A stretch of 64,000 bases of DNA from Paraspadella gotoi (lineage: Eukaryota > Animalia > Chaetognatha): the NCBI GenBank assembly GCA_051294375.1, contig CM119265.1:21762278-21826277 (forward strand), given 5' to 3'. Position numbers and translations under genes: made by a program. This document shows, piece by piece, positions 13,201-36,207 of the stretch (within the stretch, counting starts at the first letter, position 1; every line of letters begins with the position of its first letter). A model generated the notes under the pieces. It saw only the letters and a list, made by a program, of their open reading frames with translations. It had not been told where the DNA came from and made no database searches.

Positions 13201-16200
13201 ATAGTAATAACAAATTGAAAATATAGTTGATAACGAAATTAAAACAAAAGAAAATATATTGTTTTATTTATCTTTAAAAATAAATATAAGCAAAATATTT
13301 TGATTCAGAAATTGCCTATATTAATTAAGAAAAATCATTTCTTTACCTAGGCAATTTTAGTAACACTTTGCTCAGTTAATCAGGCAAAATATTACCTAAG
13401 TTCACCCCTTACGTTTTACCTCAATTTGTAGCTATGTAGAAAATAATTGAATTATTTTTTCGAGATGTCCTATACAATAAAAATTAGTAGACTCGTCTAA
13501 CATATATTAATATTCAATAGTCAAATATGACTGTGACAGAGGCTTAAGAACGACTACTCAAAGACAAAACTTGACAAGCAGCTTTTAAATTGCTGCTGCA
13601 GCAAAGCAAAAAAAATTATAAAAGATAAGTACACTATTTTTTATTTCATTTTATGTTAGTGTTCAGAATTACCCCGCACTAACCTTAGTCATTTCCTTAG
13701 TCACAAAAATTTTTAATTTTAATTTTAAAACTCTCAAGTTTTAATATTTTTAAATAAAAAAAAAAGGATTTTGATTTAAAAAACCTGAGGTAGAGCATTA
13801 ATGGCTTCTTGTTCCTCCATCTCCCAGTTATTAAACTGCTCAATCGTTGTAAATTCAACATTATTCAATAAAGCCTATAAGAAAATGATGAAACTATATA
13901 ATACTAAGACTAAATAATATAATGAATTAATCATGATATCAAAGAGAATCTAATTAAAATATAGTAATAATAAAAAATCATCATCATATGAATTAAATAT
14001 TTTAAACTTTTTATATAAATTTTAAAATTTAGTCTAATAGGCAATATACAGTGCTGTCTAAAAAAAAGAGGGCATTCTTAAATTCTAAATAGCGCGTGTT
14101 TTATGCATCTATTAAAAAATTTCAATTAGTCAATGTAGATTTTTAAAAGTAAAATCTGATGAAGACTCGCAAAACAAGTCGAAACATGTCCGACTAATCT
14201 CTGTCCAATAAATTCGTTGTTTGCTAACAAAAACTGTTTTTCCTAAAAGTAGAATCTATATGTGCAAGTTTTATTATGTGTAAATCCTTTCTACTTTGCT
14301 ATGTTTGTAGATTATAGACAGTTTAAATATTTGCAACAACAATTTATAATTAAAGGACGAACATGTTTCGGCTCAAATTCGAGCCTTCATCAGCGCCAAA
14401 ATGTTTTGTGAATTATTCGCCAACGTCTCGCCCGGGATACGCTCGTCAAGGATAGACAAAATCGGCAGCAAAAGGAACTCTTTCAAATATCGGATGACGA
14501 AATACGATCTGCGCAGGAGCGTTGGCAGATCAATGCCTCATCATATACTCTAACTAGTAACTACTGAGAAAGATTCTGTGTTGCGTCTTTTGTCTTTTGT
14601 TCCAACCCCTGTTATTTAACCCGCTATTGACCTCATTGTCGGAGTTGAGACAGGGGCGAGACTCCTCGATCAACAACCCTTAGCGGCGGCTACCCTTCGG
14701 TCGGCGGCGGCGCGGATGCTCAATGCCAACAGAGCTCCGCCCACGCCAAATGTTGGAAAGAGTGAACGCAAGGCCATTGCTTCACTCAAGCGTTGTTCTT
14801 CGGTCAACCGAAGGTACATTAGCCCGATTTACCGTTTCGGCCCGCAATTCCATTTTTAAATGGAATGACGAAGGAGTTGGGGCGCATCCTCAGTGAGGAT
14901 TCCTCATCCCTTTGGTCGGTAATCAACACCACCTCCGGAACTCTATCGATCTGACGGAAAAGATGCAGCACATTACAGTGCCAGATAGTCATTGCTTGTT
15001 CTCATGCGATCTAAAGAGTATGTTTACAAATATTCCCCAAGAATTGGCCTTGGCTTCAGCAGAGCGTCGCTTGAGGGAAGACCGGAGATTGCATGAGCGT
15101 ACGCCAATCCAATTGAATTATATCATGGCACTGCTGCGGCTCGACCTGGAACTGGTGTACTTCAGGTTCAATGGACAGTTCTACGCCCAGCCTGGTGGCT
15201 TAGGGATTGGCAAATCGACATCAAGTCCTCTGGCAGATTTCTATATGGAGGACTATGAGGTGGAAGCTTTGGCTTCTTTTCGATCGTTGCATGGGGCAGA
15301 GTCAGTCCTCTTCTGGTATCGGAAAGCAGACGATACCATCCTGGCCTTGAGGACCTCCAGAACCATTTGAACCACATCCATGCAAGTATCAAGTGGACAT
15401 GTGAGAAGGAGGAGAATGGGTCAATTCCAATGCTCGATGTGCTTATCAAGCGCAAAGAGGGCGGTTCATTGGAATTTTCAGTATATCGCAAACTGACCCA
15501 TACAGACCAATACATTCCCTTTGACTCTCATGCCCCCTTGTCCCACAAACTTATCAGGCCGCCGAGCTTGAGCACGTCAAAAGAGCCCTGGCGATCAATG
15601 GTTACCCATTGTGGGCCTTCGAGAAGGCCAGGTACCGGCCGCGCCTGGTTGAGGGCAGTGGCCACCTGGGGGCTGCCCAAGTAGCCGCTAATGCAGACTC
15701 TACCTCCGCCCCCCAGGAGGAAGAAGGGGAGCTTGCTGCTGAAGAGCCAACCGCGCCCACCACAGCGCAACTGGAAGATAAGCAGAAGCGATCTCAGAAC
15801 GTGGGTCACCGGTCCCTCCTCTACCACCAGGGGATCACTGAGTTATTGGTGCGGGTGCTAGGAAAGCAGGGGATCTCCACCTCAGTGACGACCCGCGATT
15901 CTCTGCATAAGCAATTGGTGAAACCAAAAGATAAAATCCCCAGACCGAAAACATCAGGAGCCGTCTATTGGGCGGCCTGTGCAGGAGCGGGCAACCAACC
16001 CTGCACAGCAGCATACGTGGGCGAGACAGGCAAGTCTCTGGCAGATCGTTTCCAGCAACATACAAAACCCTACCGTGACGCTCGCAGGCATTACCTGTCC
16101 GCTGTTGCTGAGCACGCGGCCAACACCGGCCATTCATTTAGAGAAACAGACTGTCTCGTGCTGTCCCATGACATGTATCTCTCTTTCTCTCTCTCTCTCT

Positions 16201-19200
16201 CTCTCTTACCAATTGACCAATTCACTTCTTTTCAAAAATTAAATATTATATTCTCACCACTGATCACTGTCCTTTCTAAACTCTGTGTTGGAAACTTTGC
16301 CCCCTCTCTCTCTCTCTCTCTCTCTCCCCTCCTTTGGCGCTGCTGAAGGCTCGAATTTGAGCCGATACATGTTCGTCTTTTAATTATAAATTGTTGTTGC
16401 AAATATTTAAAATGTCTATAGTGTAAGTTTTAAAAAAATCGGTCCAGCCATTTAAGAGCTATAGCAACCAAAAGACAAATGGTCAAAACAAAAAAAATGG
16501 GGGAAAAACATTTTTGAAGATCCGAGGACAACTATTGAAGCCGTTCAGCCTTGATTTTTGGGCGTTTTATTCGTGTATCATAAAAAATTAGTATAGAAAG
16601 AGTTGATTTTTGAAAGAAGAATACATATGTGTCAGTTAAAAATAACCGGTTTAGTCACTCCAGAAATATGGCACCTAAATATAAGAGGTTAAAATATGTA
16701 AATATTCTCTGCTTTGTTTGAATAATTACTTGCTCACAAATGCACTGCTAAATTTGAACAAAATTTGAACCAATGGTTCTTTTTTCCATAAAGTTTGTTG
16801 ACCTATAATATTTTTCATAATAAAGGAATCTGATAATATTTATTTGGGCAATGTTTTATGGCGTCCTCTTTTTTTGCACAGGACTGTGAGTCAAAAAAAA
16901 ATTTATAATTTTTATTACTTATTAATATAATCTCATTTTAAAATATGTCTATATAAATGCTTAATTACTGCATCAAAAAGCTATTTGAACCCCCTAATCT
17001 ACCTTAGGAACTTTTTTATCTCTTAGATATTTTTTTTGGTTATTTAATATGCTGAGAATCGTAGCCCTTCTGCTGCCTTCTGAGACAACAGGTCCAAGAA
17101 AAACTGAAAACACGTAAGCGGACAGAAGCATTGAGATAATGATAATGACAATAGCCACAATACGTTCAGGCCATGTGGTTGCAGGAACATCGCCGTATCT
17201 AATGAAATTAGGTTCAAAAAGTATCGTTTTCAAATAATTCTCCGCTTATAGTTATACAAGTAATTTAAGTCAGGGGTTAGAGTTAAGGATTAAGTTAGAG
17301 ATTTGTTGGTACCTAAAGATTAAGTTTAAGTTTAAAGATTAATTCTTTAAATTGTAGCATGAAATAGATTGTTTTTTAAGAGAATATTTTAAAAGAAGTT
17401 GCGTACGAAATTACCCGACAAAATTTAATGACTGAGAAGCCCAGTACCAACTCAACAGAAATAGTTCAAACCGAGTTCGTTTTCCAACGGTATTAATAAG
17501 CTTAGCAGTAGAAAAATGGTGTGTCGTATGCAGGAAATTCCAGCTCTTACATAAAAAAAATTTTTGTTTTAAGAAAATGTTTATAAAAATATGAAGAAAA
17601 AAAGTTTTATTTATACAATTACTACAAAAATATCTTAAACAGGTCAGAATAAATAATAATAACTAATAAAAAAAATACAAGCGAGCCAATTATTTAAAAA
17701 TTGTCAGCTTTTTCCTACCTACTTGCATTTTTTCAGCGATAGCTTCTTGGTTCTTTAATTGCGAATTGTCAACTAATTGAATATTGCCCGATAAGCAATC
17801 ATCTCTCATAGAGTTGGGAGGAGATGGTTTTTCCGTTCGCAAAAATGGTTCCACCCATGAATTTCGAATACATTTTTGGTGTTTTGTTGGATCATTATCC
17901 CATCCATTAATAATAAATGTGTCATTTGAAACAGAGTTATCACCCAACTCTATAATAAATATAAAAAAATTATTTGCTAATATCTAAATTACCTGTCTTG
18001 ATACCTTATAGAAAATCTTTTGAATTTTATTTTTATTTAGACACAAAATTAATATTTGTAATGTTTTCATACCTGGATAGCAAGCTAACCAATACCAAAT
18101 AGAAGCAAATAACAAAGAACACAATGTATAAAAGTATGCGCTCTTTATCATATTTACATACGAATGGCGCATAACGTGATGGTCGAAGCCTTTATGCCTC
18201 TCCCAAAGAATTAATAGGCGATTCAGACTAAAACAAAGCGGCCATGAATTGGAGGACCAACCGAGCCGAACTACCATCTCAAATGGAAAATTGGCTAGAA
18301 AATCATGCATGAAGCGAGTTTGAAAATAATTTTTCGCGGTTAACTGTAAAAAAAAGTATTCATCTTAAATTAGCCTTTGGTATCTGAAATAACAACAAAA
18401 GCATAATTTTATAAAGTGGCGCGTTTTTTTTTTTCACATGACTGTATAAAATGTTTGAAAAAACAAATTCTGCTCTTCTTTGTAATTACTTTTCATTGAG
18501 GATTTTAAAAAAATATGATAACATGTTTCATAATTTTTTTAACGATATATATATATTTTCACCTCCGGACTAAAAACGATTATTCCTTCATCATTGAAAA
18601 AACCGAAATTAAGTAATAAATAGAATCGCAAAATACTCAGTGCAAAAAAAGTACCCCAAAGATTGTTATACAGATCCAAATCAGAATCACTAATTCCAAC
18701 AGTGACTTGTACAATTACAGAAACAACACGAGCAAAATCGACTGCACTGAATGCAAATGTTAGAACTACTGCAAATTCATAAGAAGGATGAATAGTCCAT
18801 GGAAGCAGTAAAATTCGAGAAAAATAATAACAGACCAGAATCCCTTTTTCCTAGAAAATTTAAGGAAAACCAAGTTATTCAATTTAAATTAGATATACAA
18901 TTCCGGTTTAATACACCTAATCACCTTTAAAAATTGTTTATCCTCTTTTGATATTTTCAAGATTATTTTTTTTTTAAACCGCTGCTCCGTTTGGAATTTC
19001 GAGTCCTCACAGTTTGGAAATTTATAATTCCGAAATTCAGTATTACGAGGTTCAATGATAATGACGCTATTAGCATCTTTAAGTCCTCCATATTTTTCGA
19101 AGGAAACCGTGGAGGGCTAAAAACGTAGTCCAGTTTCTTTTATCATACAATTTTGATGATTATCTACACGAAGTTATTTCTTATTTTATTTAGTTTGTGC

Positions 19201-19223
19201 AACAAAAATTCTTACTCAATCAT
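6097..19223 (-). CDS. Gene C/D: two-repeat 6TM-CNBD K+-channel-like gene (possibly repeats 3-4 of a four-repeat gene with B). Start and last exons uncertain
   Basis: In-phase exon chain: PWTIHP (about 18790), FMHDFLANFPFE, pore WYWASQSLNFVG|YGDVP (17415/17198), C-linker/CNBD exons at about 13785-13875, 12112-12260, 11510-11588, 11345-11467 and 10892-11017. A phase-0 join leads into KRRSRRS...VILPSNPGY (10538), then FFVGYYD, FILDLFAIFP, pore WWAVQTLTTTG|FGD, LPVCLKRDVYYE, LLPGDLIYQHG. Probable C-terminal exons at about 7079-7186, 6830-6941 and 6097-6270. Confidence 0.8.
7323..7975 (-). mobile_element. Complete TRIM (non-autonomous LTR retrotransposon) with tRNA-like LTRs
   Basis: Near-identical direct repeats at 7323-7557 and 7742-7975. 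On the minus strand, PBS-like TGGTTAGCCCGAC and [22 protein letters not shown] (7319-7322 and 7976-7979). Confidence 0.92.
8413..8784 (+). repeat. Dispersed structured repeat, longest copy
   Basis: Shares sequence with 2467-2680 (inverted), 6614-6678, about 22355-22375 and 28680-28825. Several hairpins. Confidence 0.75.
10748..10797 (+). ncRNA. Minimal type-I hammerhead ribozyme motif (Penelope-type remnant)
   Basis: cca-CTGATGA-t-GACTTA-gcaata-TAAGTC-GAAA-TA-TT-tgg. Core intact, stem II 6 bp, stem III only possible as a dimer. Preceded by (CT)n, like the PLE 3' end at 16185-16420. Confidence 0.6.
11155..11298. repeat. 53-bp inverted repeat enclosing a degenerate hammerhead core
   Basis: Arms 11155-11207 and 11246-11298 (1 mismatch). 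Spacer on the minus strand reads CTGATAA-T-GAATAG-aacta-CTATTC-GAAA-caacta-TTC. Confidence 0.8.
12303..13681. mobile_element. Non-autonomous DNA transposon (TIR element, possibly pogo/Tc1-mariner group)
   Basis: TIRs tagtgcggggtaattcggaacact (12303) and agtgttcagaattaccccgcacta (ending 13681). Internal TIR-like copy at about 12484-12501. No intact transposase. Confidence 0.7.
14156..14195 (+). ncRNA. Hammerhead core remnant lacking the 5' strand of stem I
   Basis: CTGATGA-A-GACT-cgcaaaaca-AGTC-GAAA-CATG-TC with palindromic ACATGT stem III. Upstream bases do not pair with downstream cgact. Confidence 0.5.
14313..16420 (+). mobile_element. Decayed Penelope-like retroelement (RT + GIY-YIG) with inverted terminal pLTR fragments
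   Basis: RT motifs FSCDLKSMFTNIP, FRFNGQFYAQ..GLGIG...SSPLADFYME, WYRKADD, FSVYRKLTHTDQY. GIY-YIG GAVYWAAC...YVGETGKSLADRFQQH. Several frameshifts. 88-bp inverted repeats at 14313-14400 and 16333-16420. Confidence 0.92.
14356..14397 (-). ncRNA. Intact minimal type-I hammerhead ribozyme in the inverted PLE end
   Basis: GGCG-CUGAUGA-A-GGCUC-GAAUUU-GAGCC-GAAA-CAUG-UU/CGUC. Palindromic ACAUGU stem III. The plus-strand copy at 16336-16377 has core mutations (CUGCUGA, GAUA). Confidence 0.85.
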
Positions 19224-19264
19224 GACAGAAAAACAAAACCGCTTGACGTTTTTTGTCTTTTGTC

Positions 19265-19720
19265 TTTTTTAGTCGGATCTGCTTATCAGCAGATTCCGAC
19301 TCTATAATTCACTTTGTCGGTCCGTCGGTACCACCCCTAAATTTTGTCGGTAAATATTTTTTATCACATTAGAACATCAAAACGATGTTCGTCTGTCTGT
19401 CTGTCTGTCTGAAGATCCGTCCCACCTTTTCATTAAACTCCAATTACTCGTGATTGGATGGATGGATTGGAATGAAATTTTGTGTGGGGTTAGGAAAGTG
19501 TAGGATTGAGCTGGATATAAAGTTTCGATGGAATCGTGCGAGTAGAAACGAGTTAAAACGAAAAAAAAAAAAGTCAAATTAACTTAAAAATCTTTTTAAT
19601 AATTTTAACCTATAATTACTCGATTGGATGGATAGATTGAGATTAAATTTTGTCTGTTGGTAGGAAAGTGTGTGATAGAGCACGATATAGAGTTTCGTTG
19701 AAATCCAGAGGTCAAGTTGA
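19265..19720 (+). mobile_element. Probable Helentron/DINE-1-like non-autonomous element fragment
   Basis: T-run, hairpin agtcggatctgc-ttatca-gcagattccgact, GTCG/GTCT microsatellites and two diverged internal repeats (about 19440 and 19612). A similar hairpin plus (GTCG)n start lies at 31255-31340. Confidence 0.5.
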
Positions 19721-19879
19721 CTTGAATTTTTATTATTTATGCTTACTCTTTAGGGTGAAGTGAAAGTTTGGAATCAAAATTTAGCAGTTATATCTTGAAA
19801 ATTATCATATTAGTGAATACTAATCTATAGTTATTTCTTTTTATAAATATAGTAGCCCAGTCAGCTTATTTTGTATATA

Positions 19880-21404
19880 CAGGGGTGGGACCATATATCG
19901 AGACAAAATTTAAAAAATCATTACGCTAAAACTGTTAATGATTTTTGAAATATGAATAAAGATTCAAATTATGCTCTTTCTTTGCTTTTATTCGATATAT
20001 TAATTGTTATGAAATTCTTTTATATAATGCTTTTTTTGATTAAGCAAAGGCAACTGCTCTGTTTTCTCCGCGCGGTTTGAAAGAAAAATGTTAGACTACT
20101 TATTGTTTAATCCCATTTTAAAAACATGCCAGATAAAATTATTAATGAAAATATTTATTTATAGTATAAAAATACTTTTAGCATGGTATTATGGTGGACT
20201 AAAATCCACCAACCGTTCATCAGCGGCATTGGTGCCGGAGGCAAGTCATTCGCCTCCCAACCCAAAGGTCCGGGGTTCTAGCCCGGTGGTCGTCTGGCAG
20301 TTAAGAGGGACGGGGCGCTTAACCCGCCTGTAACATGGTGTTACAGCCTGATCCGAAGCTCAGGGACTGCTTATATTGAACGGTTCTGTCACTAACACAT
20401 AACAATAATTACTGTCTCTTCATTGGTGAGCCCGACTTCCGAACACAACAGCAACAACATCACTTTCAGGCGACATGCCTCAACCTGGCGATGCACTTTC
20501 CGCCCACAACACATCAGGCGACATGCCTCAACTTGGTGACGAACTTTCTACCAACAACAACAATTCACTGAAGAGACACAACAGACTTCTCCCTACGGGA
20601 GGGGGGGATGTATGGTGGACTAAAATCCACCAACCGTTCATCAGCGGCCATTGGTGCCGGAGGCAAGTCATTCGCCTCCCAACCCAAAGGTCCGGGGTTC
20701 TAGCCCGGTGGTCGTCTGGCAGTTAAGAGGGACGGGGCGCAAAACCCGCCTGTAACATGGTGTTACAGCCTGATCCGAAGCTCAGGGACTGCTTGTATTG
20801 AACGGTTCTGTCACTAACACATAACAATAATTACTGTCTCTTCAGTATACATTATATTTTTTTCAAAAAAAGTTGAGGTAAGTAAGGTTCGGGTAAGTTA
20901 CCATTATAGTCCAATTTTTATTAAAACTGACCTTTATTTAAAAATGTAATAATGATATTGTCAGATATGTAAATTAATCATATCAGATTTCAGTAAAAAA
21001 TACATAAAGTATTTGACGATTTAAGCTTATTCCTTAAAATCTTTTTAAAATTTTGTTTTACTTACCTTATAGAAGTTTAAATAAGTTTAATTTGGATGGT
21101 TATGAAATCTGAAATTAGAAGAAATTAAAGAGAAGACATACCACTATCATATTCAGAAACGACCACTGAAAAATATTAACAAGTATGGCTTTTATACTAT
21201 GCAATGTGAGGTGCGCGTATAAAAATGACAATGATTTGAAAACATCCACAACGCCCTGTAGTTGTTTAAAATTTGTTATTGTTTCATAGCTTATGAAAGT
21301 AAGAAGACAGAAAAATCTTTTGGCACCTATTTTATTATTGTATCTCAAATCGTTTAGACAGGGAAGGACGTTAAGTTTTGTCTCGATATATGGTCCCACC
21401 CCAG
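19880..21404. mobile_element. Tc1/mariner-like MITE (hosts the TRIM)
   Basis: TIRs CAGGGGTGGGACCATATATCGAGACAAAA and its near-perfect reverse complement ending at 21404. TA on both flanks. Confidence 0.8.
20190..20844 (+). mobile_element. Complete TRIM with tRNA-like LTRs
   Basis: LTRs 20190-20422 and 20611-20844. PBS TGGTGAGCCCGAC at 20424-20436, PPT at 20597-20608, TSD GTAT (20186-20189 and 20845-20848). Confidence 0.93.
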
Positions 21405-21919
21405 TAGTACTACCCTTATATAATGTCAAAATTTCAAAATAGTTTTTTTTAAATTCTGAGAACAGATTCAGATTCCTCGTCAAAAGTTATTAGAAGAAAA
21501 TATAAATTTTTTTAAAAAAATTATGTCATTAAGTAGGTTAAAATTATAAAAAACTCTATTTTTAAGCTCGAAATTAAAAATAGGCATCTTATTCTTAAAT
21601 ATAGTTTTTTAGCTTTTAGTCCAACTTAATAAAACAATTTTTAAAAAAGAATTATACTTTCATATATTAACTTTTTGCAAGGAATCCAAATTCGATTTTA
21701 AAACTTAAAAATTTGCATTTTGAAATTTTAGCTTATATACTTATTACTATATATAAATGTAGCTCACTGGTGCCCACTAATGTATAAAATTAAAAAATAA
21801 ATTTACCAAAGTATTTTTATTAGTTTTTATTTTCATGGTTTACATGCTAAATTTTAATTTTCTAAAATTTTATCATTTTCACATCACTCTATTACTCATA
21901 ATGTTTTAATTAATTAATT

Positions 21920-22145
21920 AAATGAAAAAATGATGCCAGTTAAAAAATTTATGCATATTGAAAAAATGATGAAAGTTGAAAGATTGATGCAAGTTGAAAG
22001 AATGATCAAAGTTAAAAGAATTATGCAAGTTGAAAGAATGATGCAAGTTGAAAAAATGATTCAAGTTGAAAAAATTAAGCAAGTTGAAAAAATGAGGCAA
22101 GTTGAAAAAATGATGCGAGTAAAAAAATGATGCAAGTAGAAAAAA
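21920..22145. repeat. 18-bp minisatellite (aagttgaaaaaatgatgc), about 12 diverged copies
   Basis: Direct reading of the tandem units. Confidence 0.9.
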
Positions 22146-22589
22146 TAATAATAGTTAAAAAAATTATTTGTACTTTAATTTTAGTTATTTTTACTATAGT
22201 ATTTATTTATTTGATGAGATGTCGCCGCTGACTTCTAAGGCATTCCACGGGGATTGCCAATTGACACTTTTTGTCAGTTTTAAATTTAAGCTGCAGTTGT
22301 TTTTTTTTTTTTGTCAACGTCTTAGTAGTCGACTCCTATTAAGCAGTTAAGCCGGGTCCGTCTCGCTTTGCCAAGGAAGCGTCATTGAACCCGGGACGCA
22401 AGTTTTGATTAGGGTGTTTAGAGTGACTGTTACCTTTATATCTCCCAAAGCTGTTTTTATTTGGTTGGCGCTGAAACTATCTGAAGGCCATGCTTCTCCA
22501 TCGGGAACCGACACATTATAGAGGGAAATCGGTTCAGCAAATGTGACTCGTAACTAGTAGTAGTTTCTACAACTTATTAATTTATTAAT

Positions 22590-34971
<12,382 letters not shown>

Positions 34972-36207
34972 TGTAGGTTGATTATTTTTTTAATCGAAGC
35001 GTAAACGAGCATATTCAACGTCTTCCACGGTAATCATTCATATTTTCATCAGTAATCTCTTTATTTGGTCCCTGTTATTTAATATTTAGCGAAATCAATA
35101 CTATTTTTGCGATTATCACGAAAAAAAATGGTAGGGCGATCGCGTTTAAACTGGCAGTAATCATGTTTAATTAAATGTAAATTGAAATCGCTTCATCTCA
35201 ATTTCTCGTTAGTCTTTTTATGTCCGTTACTAAGCGAGATGCTCGTCGCGCCGCCCGACGGATTTCCCTCGAAATCTTCATTTCATTCAGCACCCGCGGC
35301 CCAAACCGAAACGTGCGCGCCCGCGGGACCCACTGTGTTTCAAATGCGTCAAATTCTAATCAGTTCGTCTGTATTACTGTTATCTCCGCAGCTTTAACTC
35401 GAAGGTCCGCGTAAGTTAATATATATGCACAAAGGACAAGTGGAATCAGAATTTGATAAAAATGAAAAACTTTGACCTGTTCTCGCCTCTCTTGGACCAG
35501 AAACGAAGCTTTTAAGGTGGAAAAATTCCTCATTGTCTTACTATACGAGGATAGTGTGTGTACGACGTTTGTCTCTCCTTGGTATATCACGGCATCTCTT
35601 CTGAGCCGTTTTTATTATCGACTTCCTGTAGTGCCTGATTATTTAATTATTTCTGTTAATTCGTCAAATTCTAATTTCAGTAAGCCAGCAAGGCGAAGAC
35701 AGGTTTCAGTTTCCGACAGCGAACCGTGTCTACAAAGACCGTTCGAATAATAAGTGGTCGTCAGGACTTTACAAAATTTCATGACAACTGTTGAAATGCC
35801 CTAGCAATAAAGTAGACAATTTCGGATTGTTGAATTGTATTTTAAACTCGCTGAAGTCTGAAGATCATCTTATTCGTCTGATTCCGGTCTTCAAGCTGGG
35901 ATATTATCATGTGCTCCTCCGTCTTGCCCCCAAATAATGAAGTTCTCTTGTACATACTTAGAAACAATTTTTGTTCAACCTAACCGGTTCTCTTATTTTT
36001 ATTTCTCCTGATTGTTGTTATTGTGCATCTGTTTCATTAACTAAATATGAATAAAAACACCTCATTTTCAGCTTAAAAATAAAAATGCCTTGAAGAGAGG
36101 CAAGGAAAAAGAAACCAAAACTAATGCTAATGTTTTAAAAATGATAACTTTTTGACGGAGTAATAGAATTTTCGGGAAGAACGCGTCTCTTTCTCCCTCA
36201 ACTCGGA

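Larger units (their letters stand above)
14049..16886. mobile_element. Tc1/mariner-like MITE interrupted by the Penelope-like element
   Basis: Imperfect TIRs: TA-CAGTGCTGTCTAAAAAAAAGAGG at the left end and reverse complement CAGTCCTGTGCAAAAAAAGAGG at the right end. Confidence 0.55.

Noticed and set aside
20190-20844. LTR tRNA-like segments as functional tRNA genes
   Set aside because: The D and anticodon stems do not pair and the T-loop is altered. They are part of a mobile element.
21115-21483. 122-aa minus-strand ORF as a linker exon between B and C/D
   Set aside because: It overlaps a MITE TIR and shows no channel similarity.
21918-22130. Repetitive ORFs (QVEKMM)n or a CRISPR-like array
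   Set aside because: An 18-bp minisatellite with no unique spacers, in eukaryotic context.
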